Virus record (IMG/VR): IMGVR_UViG_3300020043_001112
Span: 1-36,487 of that record
Source: a virus
Lineage: Duplodnaviria; Caudoviricetes
Reading direction: 5' to 3' (one strand)
Length of the DNA stretch: 36,487 bases
The notes below the pieces were generated by a model that ran no database searches, was not told the origin of the DNA, and worked only from the letters and a program-made list of their open reading frames with translations. Below, piece after piece: positions 7,012 through 16,292 of the stretch; position 1 is the stretch's first letter; every line of letters begins with the position of its first letter. Both the position numbers and the translations under genes were made by a program.

Positions 7012-7222
7012 ATCCCGACAACCAAACTGGCTTTACAGTATATGTCAGTAGGATGTTGTTTCGGGGGTTCCAACATCCAACGTGCCGGGGCGGTGGTGTA
7101 TCGGGATCTGCATCACTGCCCCATTACCGCAAGTGAGACTTAGGCCCCAACTTCTTACGATGACGTAGACCAGCGGGCTGATGGCGGCGCTTCTTACGCT
7201 GCTGTGGGGTCCAAGGTTGCTC
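7012..7222 (+). ncRNA. Candidate structured non-coding RNA
   Basis: Stems 7026-7049, 7051-7078 and 7087-7122 (14 bp), plus a multibranch domain closed by GGCCCCA/TGGGGTC; G-U pairs favour the + strand. Confidence 0.5.
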
Positions 7223-7242
7223 TTTCTGTGCCTTCTTAGCCA

Positions 7243-7839
7243 TCAGAATAATCCATCCAAGATACCGGGAGCCTTCTTAGTGCTTTTGCGCTTACGGCCA
7301 CCAATGCCAATTTTTGCCAACAGGGAGGCGAAGTTGCTTTCGGTGTCAGCCTCTAGGTCCATAGGTTCAGACGTATAAGGTTTAGGCTCGTCCAGCTTCA
7401 TTGTGAGAGGCTTACCAGGCTCTGAGCGTGCTACCTTTGGAGCCACAACGTCCATGAGATTAGGAGCGCCCACAAGGTTCGTAAACTTGCGAACATAATT
7501 TTGCGTCTCCTTGAACTTGGGAACCCCACCAGCTTCACGGACATTGCGTGGTCCAGCGTTGTAGGCTGCAACAGCAAGGATAGGATCACCAAACTGCTTT
7601 AGCATCTTTGCGTAGTATTTAACGCCGCCTTCGATGTTCTGGAACGGGTCGTCGATGTTTACACCAAGCTCTTTCGCCGTATCGGGCATGAGTTGCATGG
7701 GGCCACGAGCGCCAGCCTTAGAGACTGCCTTGTTCTTGCCGCCAGAGCTTTCGATCTGGAAGATGGCACGAGCATGGGAAACAGGAACGCCATACTTTTC
7801 AGCCATAGCGTCAACGTGAGCGGCGAGGTTTTTATTCAT
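7243..7839 (-). CDS. Lytic transglycosylase (SLT domain), probably virion-associated
   Basis: AIFQIESSG, AVSKAGARGPMQLMPDTA, AAYNAGP, ETQNYV. Confidence 0.93.
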   Translation of the reverse strand: MNKNLAAHVDAMAEKYGVPVSHARAIFQIESSGGKNKAVSKAGARGPMQLMPDTAKELGVNIDDPFQNIEGGVKYYAKMLKQFGDPILAVAAYNAGPRNVREAGGVPKFKETQNYVRKFTNLVGAPNLMDVVAPKVARSEPGKPLTMKLDEPKPYTSEPMDLEADTESNFASLLAKIGIGGRKRKSTKKAPGILDGLF

Positions 7840-9461
7840 TATTGTCCTCTTTGACGGGGAGTTGTCAGGCCAGCAACAGCAGCTGGGCTAAGAAGTGCGC
7901 GTGAGGCCACGCCAACTGCCTGCGATGCCTTGTTGGGCTGTCGACCAAGGATTGCTGCAATGGCACGGCGACCTTGCGGCGTATATGGAGCTGCAATCAA
8001 CGCAATAGCTGATGCCTGCTGCGGCGTAATGCCTTCGTAGCCCAAAGCCTCTGCAATTCCTTGTCCACCAGCGGCAAGACCACCAGTAAGAGCCAAGTTA
8101 CGAGCCAATCGCGTGGCAGTTCCGCTATCAGGTGTGCGCGACGGAATGTTACGTCCAGCACGGGCTAAATCAGCATACGGGCCACGGCGTTCACCCTTGC
8201 CAAAAGCAGATACAGCTCGGTCAAGAGATGACGGCGTAATCTTGCCCTGAGCGCCAGAGGCAGCCTTCTTCAAACGAGCCTGATGCGCCCATCCAGAATT
8301 AATCTGACGCAATGCAACAGCCTGAGCTGGGTTCTGCTCGGCAAGCGCATCCATCCATGCTTGACGCAGATTTGCAGTCCCAACTCCCAAGCGACGCTCA
8401 AACGGATCAGCAGACTTCATAAAGGCTTCAGACGACTTTCCGAGGCGGCTCAGAGCATCCTGAAGGTTCTTACCACGGATCATACCATCGCTATCCGCAA
8501 GGTCTGTAATGCTATCCTTGATGATGGCGAGCCAATCACGTTGCAGTGACTTGCGGCTTGATGGAATTCCGAGTTCATCAAAGACTTGGCGAGCAGTTTG
8601 GCCAAAGTCCTTGGTAACTGTAAACTCAAGATTTGGAACTAGGGTGTTGTAAGCCTGCTGTAGCTTGCCCTTTACCCAGCCGACAGCTTCTTCGCCCTCC
8701 AAATCTTTAGGAACAGAGCGGCCAATGAATGATGCGGCGCGGTTAATAGCAGACTTCTCAAACTCATCACCAACCTGTTCACGAGCAAATTGGACCAAAT
8801 CGCCAATCCCCGGAAGGCTAGTAGCGGCTTCTTCCATTTTCTGAACGCCGCGCCCAAGCAAACTGCCGCCTTCGCCAACAATCATTCCGAGAGTTGGGCT
8901 AATGCCTTCTTGGCGAAGTGTTTGAATGCCACGGCTAACAGTTGGAGCAATCGTCCCAGCCACAACATCAGCCACAGGCTTCAGCGCGCCAGAAATAGCT
9001 GCCCCTGATGCAATATCACCCAAGGCTTCAGGAATGTTCTGCGCACGCGACAAAAGCGCACTGGAAAGGCCGCCACCCAAAGCAGCCTGACCAATAGTTG
9101 CAGGAGCTGTAACTGCGCGAGTTGGCAAAGTTGCTGCTACGCCGCCAATGTTTCCAAGAATTTGGCCTGCAGTTGACGCATTTTGACGGCGCTGGATATC
9201 AGTCTCACGCAATGTCTGCTGCGCTGTAGGAAGGCCAAGTGCTGCACCAAGGCGGTTGATGCCCTCAACACCGGGAAGCTGCTCTAAGCGGCTGGCCAGA
9301 ATATCAATCGGCTCACGAGCGCCAAGATATAGGCCGCGCAAAAAGCTATCATCCTGCGCACCACCAAGCTGCTGCTTGACGGCGTTGTCAATCACATCAT
9401 CAGGAGTTCCTTCTGGAAACTCTAGGATAGTGCCGTCCGGCAGTTCAGCCTTAATGGTCAT
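7839..9461 (-). CDS. Internal virion / DNA ejection protein
   Basis: 540 aa, Ala/Gly-rich helical; N-terminal LPDGTILEFPEGTPDDVI motif; position after tail genes. Confidence 0.65.
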   Translation of the reverse strand: MTIKAELPDGTILEFPEGTPDDVIDNAVKQQLGGAQDDSFLRGLYLGAREPIDILASRLEQLPGVEGINRLGAALGLPTAQQTLRETDIQRRQNASTAGQILGNIGGVAATLPTRAVTAPATIGQAALGGGLSSALLSRAQNIPEALGDIASGAAISGALKPVADVVAGTIAPTVSRGIQTLRQEGISPTLGMIVGEGGSLLGRGVQKMEEAATSLPGIGDLVQFAREQVGDEFEKSAINRAASFIGRSVPKDLEGEEAVGWVKGKLQQAYNTLVPNLEFTVTKDFGQTARQVFDELGIPSSRKSLQRDWLAIIKDSITDLADSDGMIRGKNLQDALSRLGKSSEAFMKSADPFERRLGVGTANLRQAWMDALAEQNPAQAVALRQINSGWAHQARLKKAASGAQGKITPSSLDRAVSAFGKGERRGPYADLARAGRNIPSRTPDSGTATRLARNLALTGGLAAGGQGIAEALGYEGITPQQASAIALIAAPYTPQGRRAIAAILGRQPNKASQAVGVASRALLSPAAVAGLTTPRQRGQ

Positions 9462-10147
9462 TACATTCGGTTCCCAAAGCGATCAAACTTGATAACTCTT
9501 GCCTTGCTTGTTCCGCCCATCATTGCCCTTGTGCGGTTGATGTTCGGAGTAGGCTTTTTGACTTCAGACAAACGGCTATTCACAAAATCAAGGCGCTCAG
9601 AGATAAGTGAGCGAAGACCGCCCAGCTTTTCTTCAATCACTTCGTCTTTGTCGTCGGCTGTAGGCTTGAAGGCCTCTAGCTTCTGGGCAAATTCACGCAT
9701 ATCCTGCGCACCTTCGCCGGGAACGCGAGTGATTTGACTTGCCAACGAATAAAGCTGGCTTGCTGCCGTATTGAAGCGGCCAACATCCTTTGACACGCTA
9801 TCTCCGGGGAATGCGCCGGGGAAATACTCACGGACCACGCGCCAAGGCTCTTTGCCCTTCAGCGAGCGATTGTAGATTTGCTCTGCGCGGCCAAGTTGCT
9901 TTGCAACGCTGTTTAATTGCGTGCGTGCCGATGCCAAATCCTGATAAATAGCAGGAGTTGGAATGTTAGCAGTTGCAGCAGCAGTCGCAGCTTCAGTCTG
10001 AGGCTTTAGGCCAGCCTTAACAGTTTCTGTTGCAGCGGTTTCAGCGCCAGCAACAGCACCACGGAAGCCGGGAGTTTCAGTTGGCTGGACAGGCTTGATT
10101 ACACCTTTAGGAGCCTGTCCAATAATTTGGTCATTGCCATAACCCAT
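9461..10147 (-). CDS. Putative internal virion protein
   Basis: Coupled ORF in the ejection-protein block. Confidence 0.6.
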   Translation of the reverse strand: MGYGNDQIIGQAPKGVIKPVQPTETPGFRGAVAGAETAATETVKAGLKPQTEAATAAATANIPTPAIYQDLASARTQLNSVAKQLGRAEQIYNRSLKGKEPWRVVREYFPGAFPGDSVSKDVGRFNTAASQLYSLASQITRVPGEGAQDMREFAQKLEAFKPTADDKDEVIEEKLGGLRSLISERLDFVNSRLSEVKKPTPNINRTRAMMGGTSKARVIKFDRFGNRM

Positions 10148-10725
10148 TATGACTTCCTCCGAATTAGTCCATCAATTCCAACATAATCAGCGCCCGAAGG
10201 GAGTTTCGCGTAGTTAGGGTCTTCATCGCCGTAAATTGTCGGAAGATTGCGAATTATAGCCTCCGGATTTTTAATTGCCCCAGTAAATGGGTCTCTAGGA
10301 ACGCCAGCTTGGTCAAATGCTAGACGGATAGCGTCTTTTGCCTTGTTCTGTTCTACAATCAACTTCGCAAAGTCATCTGCGCTCATCAACTGAACTGCAC
10401 GGGCTAACTGCGGGTTTGTTTGGGAAAGTTCAGCGATATACTGTTGACGCACAGCATTGAGTTGAGCCTGACGTTCAGCCTGCTTCTTCATCTCATCAAG
10501 CTGTAGACGGCCTTGAACTTCTTGCAGCTTCTGCTGCTGAAGGCCCTGAATAACCTGTTGCGGTGTTGTCGTCGAGCCGCGAGACACGGACTTCAGCAAT
10601 GCGCCCAAAGCCGAAAGCTTGTCGCCAGTGTTCAATTGACCAGCAAGATTGCCCTGCATGATTTGAGCAAGGCGCTCTGCATCAGACATTTCCTGCATTG
10701 GCTTTGTTTTTCCAAAAATAGCCAT
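10147..10725 (-). CDS. Putative internal virion protein (Gln-rich)
   Basis: Coupled ORF, Q-rich helical. Confidence 0.6.
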   Translation of the reverse strand: MAIFGKTKPMQEMSDAERLAQIMQGNLAGQLNTGDKLSALGALLKSVSRGSTTTPQQVIQGLQQQKLQEVQGRLQLDEMKKQAERQAQLNAVRQQYIAELSQTNPQLARAVQLMSADDFAKLIVEQNKAKDAIRLAFDQAGVPRDPFTGAIKNPEAIIRNLPTIYGDEDPNYAKLPSGADYVGIDGLIRRKS

Positions 10726-10727
10726 GA

Positions 10728-11591
10728 TTAGAAAATCCCCAGTTTCTTGAGGCCGCCAAGGATACCAACAATGTCACCAGCCGTGCCAAGGAAGCCCTGA
10801 CCAGGCGCGGTTGTCGTCTGCGTTGTCGATGTGAGCGCAGGAGTGCCGCTGATGCCAGATTGCAGGATTTTAAGCTGCTCAACAGGATAGCCGCGTTGCG
10901 CGAGGAAGTCCTGATATGCCAGATCAAGGTTCTGCTGCGCCATCTGACGTTGCGCTTGACCTGCACCAGCAAGCATTTGCTGACGAGCCTGTTCTTGTGA
11001 GATTGCCTGCGCGCCAAGATTGGCAAGTTGAGATGCGCCAGCAAGTTGCTGTGTCGGAAGCTGAGATGCCAAGCCAGCGGCCTGTCCATAGCCCTGCTGA
11101 TACAGGTTAGCCAGCATCTGCTGCGTGTTCAGGTCTTGCTCTGCTGCCAACTGAGCTTCGTAAACGCCACGGCGCTCGTTACCGAATGCGCGTGCTGAAG
11201 CAAGGCGGGCGCGGGTTTCTGCATCACGCTCTGCACGAGACTGAGCCAAGCGGCGCATTGTAGCATCTACAACGCTCTCCTGATACGGAGACATGAAGCC
11301 TTGCACGTTCTGCTGGAACTGGGCGGGAGAGTAGCCAGCAGCCATCTGGGCGGCCTGTGTGGCCTGTTCAAGCTGCGGAGCGCCTACACGGCCTAAAGCA
11401 GCCTGCTCTGCCATCTGGAAGGCTTGCTGCTCCTGCGGGCGGAACTGAGCAATCCGAGGCCCCTGATAAGCCTGATACGGGATAGAAGCTACATTCTGTG
11501 CAGCCATGAACCCACGGGTCATCAAGTCCTGAACAAATGGATTTAGCTGCTGCGTTGTTTGCTGTGTCGCAGTCTGACCGCCCTTGGACAT
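10728..11591 (-). CDS. Putative DNA pilot/ejection protein
   Basis: MSKGGQTATQQTT start, Q/A-rich, MSPYQESVVD and AFGNERRGV motifs, Gly-rich amphipathic C-terminus. Confidence 0.65.
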   Translation of the reverse strand: MSKGGQTATQQTTQQLNPFVQDLMTRGFMAAQNVASIPYQAYQGPRIAQFRPQEQQAFQMAEQAALGRVGAPQLEQATQAAQMAAGYSPAQFQQNVQGFMSPYQESVVDATMRRLAQSRAERDAETRARLASARAFGNERRGVYEAQLAAEQDLNTQQMLANLYQQGYGQAAGLASQLPTQQLAGASQLANLGAQAISQEQARQQMLAGAGQAQRQMAQQNLDLAYQDFLAQRGYPVEQLKILQSGISGTPALTSTTQTTTAPGQGFLGTAGDIVGILGGLKKLGIF

Positions 11592-11593
11592 AC

Positions 11594-11962
11594 TTAAAGC
11601 TCCTTAGCGATGGTGGTGCATACTTCTTTCCACCCATCTCGCTCGAATATTCTTAACCAACCCCGTCTACCAGATATTGACATAGAATTACAGCCAATAG
11701 TTTTAGCATATGCTCTTACTGATTTCTCCATCTGGAGAAGCTCTTCTAAGTCTCCACCAGCAAGAAAGATGTGCATCACATTGGTCTGGGGATATATCTG
11801 TATCTCAGTTATGATTGCCGACTTGTCGCCAGGCCAAAACTGAAAGTCACCTCTAACTACGCCGTTCCAAATATCGTCAAGCGTATGCGTGCCTTTGGTG
11901 TATTCTAGTGCGTCTTCGATATACTTTCGGCGCGCATGAAACTGCTCGTAAACTGGGATCAT
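11594..11962 (-). CDS. Virion assembly protein (GNAT-like fold suspected)
   Basis: AIITEIQIYP...HIFLAGGDL...GC..MSISGRRGW; usual position after the nozzle gene. Confidence 0.65.
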   Translation of the reverse strand: MIPVYEQFHARRKYIEDALEYTKGTHTLDDIWNGVVRGDFQFWPGDKSAIITEIQIYPQTNVMHIFLAGGDLEELLQMEKSVRAYAKTIGCNSMSISGRRGWLRIFERDGWKEVCTTIAKEL

Positions 11963-12174
11963 GGAACGTGTTGCGCTCTAACTTGCTCGTTGTGGTCTAC
12001 ATAAACCTCAACATGATGCCCCTGTTCGTCCACCATAATTAACCTTGCAGGCGGATGTATAAATACATCCAATCCCTTGATGTATGCTTGATTTACATAA
12101 AGCTCAATTAAGCGGTTCCTCTGCGCTTCATAGGCTGGATCATATTGCTGTGGCGGAGGCGGTAATTTCAGCAT
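11959..12174 (-). CDS. Hypothetical structural-region protein
   Basis: Coupled ORF, LPPPPQQYD start. Confidence 0.7.
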   Translation of the reverse strand: MLKLPPPPQQYDPAYEAQRNRLIELYVNQAYIKGLDVFIHPPARLIMVDEQGHHVEVYVDHNEQVRAQHVP

Positions 12175-13658
12175 TATCGACGACCACCAGCAACAGCGTT
12201 AATCCGTTGCGTTCCAACTCGCCAATCTGTCGGTGTTGCGCCTGTTGTAATACGCATCTTTACCTGACGGCCATTGAACCGCAGTGATGTCGGCTGCGTG
12301 AGACTGTAAGGCCCATAAGACGTTTCGTCGTCGTTCGGGTAATAGCGTGTTTTGAACGTAATGGTAACACTGCCTTGGTTGCGCTCGTCAGGAATTAGTT
12401 CGTTGACATACATAACGTTGTCGCCGTTGCCGATCTGGACGGGGCCACTTTCCACATAAGGCGATGCACCAGAGTAATTCAGGCCAACTTCATGGTCGTA
12501 GATATAGCCATTCGCGCCGACCATAATCGGGTTACGGAACACGCTGCGGTCTGTGCCTGCCGTGCGGGCAAGCGTGCCAATCGACCAATGGTTCTCAACA
12601 TAATCCCACGAAACGTAGCTATCGTTCTCGTTTGAACCAGCGGACGGGTAGAACCACCACACCTCATTGTATTGCGAGTTGTTAACCGCATAAACTTTAG
12701 AGATTTGGTTCGTGTTGATGTTATTGAAAACGTAGTCGTAAACTTCGCAGGGAAGCGGTTTTACATAACCATCATAAACGTGGAAGCCCTTCTGCCCCAT
12801 CCAAACGGCCATGTTGTCAAGAACGGAGACAGCATTAGCAGATGCCACGCCGCACGCACGGCCAGCAATTTCAGCCGAATAGACGAATGGCTGTCCAACG
12901 TAGGTTAGAACGTGTGCATCAATGTCTGTCAGGATGAGGTTCTGACCACGGACGCGCTTGGCGCAGATAATCCGGCCTGATGTCTGAAGCGTAATGCTGC
13001 CAGCAAGGTTTGTAGATGCCGGTGTCCAGATGGTGTTGTTCTCAAGGTCAGACCAAGAAACCTTACGACCATCACCGCCAGCACCAAGAGCGAACAGGGA
13101 GCGTTCAGCCGTTACCAAGCAGCCAATGTTGTTAATCGGCGCATTGGTGATCTGCTGGGCCTTCGTGGGCGTAGAATAGTCAAGCTGCCATTCGTAGAGC
13201 TTGCCGTCAGATGTCGAGCAACCAACGAGATATTCACCCCAAGTGTCAAGTGACCACGTTGTTGCAGGCGTTACAGAACCAGTGTCAGGACGAGGTGTGC
13301 CGTAATAGCCACTGCTGTAAGTGCCAATGCCATAGCCAGCGCCCGTAGAAGCATCGTCAGAACCCGCTGTAAAACCAACAGGCGTAATGTCTACCAGAAC
13401 ATTTGATTGAGTAACAGCATACAGCTTGGATGACGTTCCAATCGCCATCAGACGGACGTTGCCGTTGGTTTTCCATGTAAGAAGAGAGCGCGCCTTGCCT
13501 GTTAGCGCGGTAATGTTGCGCTGCTCCCATCCTCCAACAGGTTCTAATGCGCCCTCTGTCCAGCGGACAAGATTAGCGTCATACCACCGCCCTGCGGACT
13601 GCAGTTCAGTGCCGCTACGATACACTCCGGGCGGTATAGAGAGTGGAATAAGGGCCAT
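12174..13658 (-). CDS. Tail nozzle / packaged-DNA stabilisation protein (P22 gp10-like)
   Basis: 494 aa, beta-rich; WSDLEN, NEVWWFYPS, WSIGTLARTA motifs; synteny. Confidence 0.72.
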   Translation of the reverse strand: MALIPLSIPPGVYRSGTELQSAGRWYDANLVRWTEGALEPVGGWEQRNITALTGKARSLLTWKTNGNVRLMAIGTSSKLYAVTQSNVLVDITPVGFTAGSDDASTGAGYGIGTYSSGYYGTPRPDTGSVTPATTWSLDTWGEYLVGCSTSDGKLYEWQLDYSTPTKAQQITNAPINNIGCLVTAERSLFALGAGGDGRKVSWSDLENNTIWTPASTNLAGSITLQTSGRIICAKRVRGQNLILTDIDAHVLTYVGQPFVYSAEIAGRACGVASANAVSVLDNMAVWMGQKGFHVYDGYVKPLPCEVYDYVFNNINTNQISKVYAVNNSQYNEVWWFYPSAGSNENDSYVSWDYVENHWSIGTLARTAGTDRSVFRNPIMVGANGYIYDHEVGLNYSGASPYVESGPVQIGNGDNVMYVNELIPDERNQGSVTITFKTRYYPNDDETSYGPYSLTQPTSLRFNGRQVKMRITTGATPTDWRVGTQRINAVAGGRR

Positions 13659-13660
13659 AG

Positions 13661-13993
13661 CTACTCATCAAAATCGTCGGGAGAGAACGTAAACACAATC
13701 TCTATATCATCTTCTTCAGAGTTTTGCCATGCCTCTGCCATTAATGCGGCGTAAGCGATTGCGTCTTCTGAGCTATCTTGATGCCAGCCAGGTGATTGGT
13801 GCTGCCTGCTAATCTTCAGAAGGAGCATAAATAGCCAACCCTCCTGCTCACTCAATATATTTCCCGTTAGCACGTTAAAAGCAGCTACAGTTGATCTCAT
13901 GCTGCGTTCGCCATCAGGTGTATCGTATTCCTGCGCTCTTTCGAGCATCAGGTCTGCGGCGCGTTCAAGAAACTCAATTGCCGAGATTGTCAT
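13661..13993 (-). CDS. DUF6378-like protein
   Basis: LERAADLMLERAQEYD...MLLLKISR...HQDSSEDAIAYAAL. Confidence 0.75.
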   Translation of the reverse strand: MTISAIEFLERAADLMLERAQEYDTPDGERSMRSTVAAFNVLTGNILSEQEGWLFMLLLKISRQHQSPGWHQDSSEDAIAYAALMAEAWQNSEEDDIEIVFTFSPDDFDE

Positions 13994-14975
13994 CGCCACT
14001 TGCTCCGTCGAATACACATTGGCCTCGGAAATACGCTTTCCCATCCAGCACCTCGCATAACTCTGGCGGTAGGAGTATCCCATCCTTGAAGGTTAACACC
14101 GCAAAGCCAGATGTGTGCGGCGATGGGTTATTTTCAGCGTAATCAAACTGTGGGCCGTGCGGCTCTGCAAGCGTTCCCGTGTCTACACCATAGCGACGAC
14201 CATTGTAGTCAGCCCAAGGCGTAACGGCCAAGCGATGCAAGTGGCCTGTAACGATGCTCTTACCTGATTTTAGCGTGTTGTTGTAGGCGGCGTGGATGCC
14301 GTTGTGGTAGCGGTGCTTAATCATCACGTTATCGTTGACCATCAGCGACCATGCAAAGTCCCAGCGGTCAAACTTAGTGTCTAATCGTGCCAAAATGCCT
14401 TCATACTCTGCCGCATTGGTGACAAGCATTCTATCAAAGCGCATATCGTGGTTGCCAACGTTCCAGAATGTGCCGCAACCCTTTGGCAGTAACATTTCAA
14501 TGTCAGCCATGTTTTCTTGGCAGACTTCAAGCTCCTCCTTAACGCTAGGCAAATCAGACCAGCCCAGTGGAGCGTGGCGAGACACCCGTGCGCCGTCGAA
14601 GATGTCGCCGTTGGCTACAACAGCACGTGGTTTCAGTTCCTTGATGAGAATGTGCAGCGCCTCGTGAGCTACAGTGCGCTCTTGGTAGGGCCACCAGTGA
14701 GCATCCGAGAAGATGATGATGTTTCCTGTGTCTACAGAAATGTCGTTCTGGTTTTTGTAGGCGCGGCCAACGTCATCGCGGGACCACTTCCCATGCGTGC
14801 CTGTGTTTCCGCGAGGCTTGCTTTGCAGGAATACGCCATTTTCTGCGAGTTGCTCTCTGCGCTTGTAAATTAGGCGCTCGTCAAGCCCTGTTTGTTCAGC
14901 CATGCGGCGAGGGCTGCAATTAGCCTTAGCCCAAGCCTGTATAAATTCAGCGTCTGAAATAATAGGTGTAGGCAT
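13974..14975 (-). CDS. Calcineurin-like metallophosphoesterase with N-terminal HTH-like region
   Basis: SDAH, NGDIFD, GNHD, KH and GHLH metal-binding motifs. Confidence 0.9.
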   Translation of the reverse strand: MPTPIISDAEFIQAWAKANCSPRRMAEQTGLDERLIYKRREQLAENGVFLQSKPRGNTGTHGKWSRDDVGRAYKNQNDISVDTGNIIIFSDAHWWPYQERTVAHEALHILIKELKPRAVVANGDIFDGARVSRHAPLGWSDLPSVKEELEVCQENMADIEMLLPKGCGTFWNVGNHDMRFDRMLVTNAAEYEGILARLDTKFDRWDFAWSLMVNDNVMIKHRYHNGIHAAYNNTLKSGKSIVTGHLHRLAVTPWADYNGRRYGVDTGTLAEPHGPQFDYAENNPSPHTSGFAVLTFKDGILLPPELCEVLDGKAYFRGQCVFDGASGDDNLGN

Positions 14976-14984
14976 GAAGCCCCC

Positions 14985-15158
14985 TTACGACAAATACTGT
15001 GCAATTGCCCCCAGCAAAGCAGCAGCAGCCGCAACAATAGCGGCGATTTTAGCCTTATTCCCCGTTTGAGCAGAAGTTGTATTAATTGGCAATGTTTTGC
15101 CAATTACGCTCTTATCGGTGAATTTAGAGAAAAGCTGAAATAGCTTATTAAGGTCCAT
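14985..15158 (-). CDS. Small protein with C-terminal TM helix (57 aa, MDLNKLFQLF...IAAIVAAAAALLGAIAQYLS)
   Basis: Manual translation; GGAGG RBS; fills the gap between Rz1 and the phosphoesterase. Confidence 0.7.
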   Translation of the reverse strand: MDLNKLFQLFSKFTDKSVIGKTLPINTTSAQTGNKAKIAAIVAAAAALLGAIAQYLS

Positions 15159-15167
15159 AGTAACCTC

Positions 15168-15494
15168 CTATTTAGCCTTGACCTTCAAGGCTTCCTGCCA
15201 TGCCTCTACGACAAGGCGATGCTTGGTTTTGCAGTCACCAAACGCTTCGATAATTCCCTTTTCCCACAGCGCACGCTCTGGGTCTAAAAGTGGCTTAGGC
15301 GGTTCACTCAGGTTTTTGCATGGCGCTGACAGGTTTGCCGGAGGAGCCGGGAGTGTCTGTATCACGGATGCTTTCGACGAGCAGGCTGACAACGCCATCA
15401 GGAGGAGCAGGGCAATCAGCGGGAGGAGCCGGGATGTCTTTGTAAATTTCCCGTATAGTGTTGGTCCGCTCAACAGATGTAACTTCCGCAGCAT
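15168..15494 (-). CDS. Rz1-like outer-membrane spanin lipoprotein (start uncertain)
   Basis: LLPLIALLLLMALSAC lipobox, Pro-rich mature part, overlapping Rz in another frame. Confidence 0.78.
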   Translation of the reverse strand: MLRKLHLLSGPTLYGKFTKTSRLLPLIALLLLMALSACSSKASVIQTLPAPPANLSAPCKNLSEPPKPLLDPERALWEKGIIEAFGDCKTKHRLVVEAWQEALKVKAK

Positions 15495-15690
15495 TTCGCG
15501 CTTCCTCATATTGGACTGACTTGCCGTCAATCACTTTCTGCATGGCCACACGTTGCTTATCAGCTTTTTCCAACGCCTTCGCGTATGCCGCGTCACATTG
15601 CCAATCTTTGACTTTGTAACCGCCAATGAAGCCGACCAGGATAAGGCCGCCCATGACGTAAGGCGTTGGAATGCCGAGCATTATAGCCAA
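15304..15690 (-). CDS. Rz-like inner-membrane spanin
   Basis: N-terminal TM helix plus coiled coil, directly after the endolysin. Confidence 0.78.
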   Translation of the reverse strand: MAIMLGIPTPYVMGGLILVGFIGGYKVKDWQCDAAYAKALEKADKQRVAMQKVIDGKSVQYEEARNAAEVTSVERTNTIREIYKDIPAPPADCPAPPDGVVSLLVESIRDTDTPGSSGKPVSAMQKPE

Positions 15691-16292
15691 CCAGCGTATT
15701 TACGGGTTTTCATCTTGCGGTCATCCAGACCATGCGTGCCGCCATTGATACGCTTTGTCAGAGCGAGAATAGCTGCATCGTTAATGCCCTGGTCGCAGAT
15801 GCCCCACAGTTTGTTCTTGTCGAAGAACCACAGGGCGCTCTCAAAGCAAAGCTCACCAGCAACCAGATCAGGGTTGTCCATCACATCAGGGCGGCCAATG
15901 TAGTTAGCAAATGCCTGATAGTTAGACTTGCCTGTCAGTTGGAGCGCGCCGCGCCCTCGGAACTTCCATCCGTCTCCGCTTCCCTCGTCCCCATTGCCCA
16001 TGCGATTTGCATAGACACGATTGGCAATCTTCTGCGGTTGACGTTCGTAGGCTTTAGCCAGCGCATCAGTCGGAAAATACTTGCCGAAAATACCGCGCAG
16101 ACCTTTTGCACCATAGTTCAGGTTCTCCGAGAACGCCTTGAAATTGCCACTCTCGTGAGCCGTCTGGGCAAAGAAGTGTGCAGCGCGGTTCTTGTTCAGC
16201 TTGTAATATGCCGCAGCAGCCTTGAGCGTGCCAGGACCAAAAGCGCCATCAGCGGTTACGCCGATTTTCTGTTGAAGGTTTGCTAGGCTCAT
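15681..16292 (-). CDS. Endolysin, GH19 family with short peptidoglycan-binding N-terminus
   Basis: LQQKIGVTADGAFGPGT; AHFFAQTAHESG; FRGRGALQLTGKSNY; TKRINGG. Confidence 0.93.
   Translation of the reverse strand: MSLANLQQKIGVTADGAFGPGTLKAAAAYYKLNKNRAAHFFAQTAHESGNFKAFSENLNYGAKGLRGIFGKYFPTDALAKAYERQPQKIANRVYANRMGNGDEGSGDGWKFRGRGALQLTGKSNYQAFANYIGRPDVMDNPDLVAGELCFESALWFFDKNKLWGICDQGINDAAILALTKRINGGTHGLDDRKMKTRKYAGWL

Noticed and set aside
7143-7213. Canonical tRNA or tmRNA piece
   Set aside because: It has a 7-bp closing stem but no T-loop consensus, no proper anticodon arm and no correctly placed CCA; kept only as a structured-RNA candidate.
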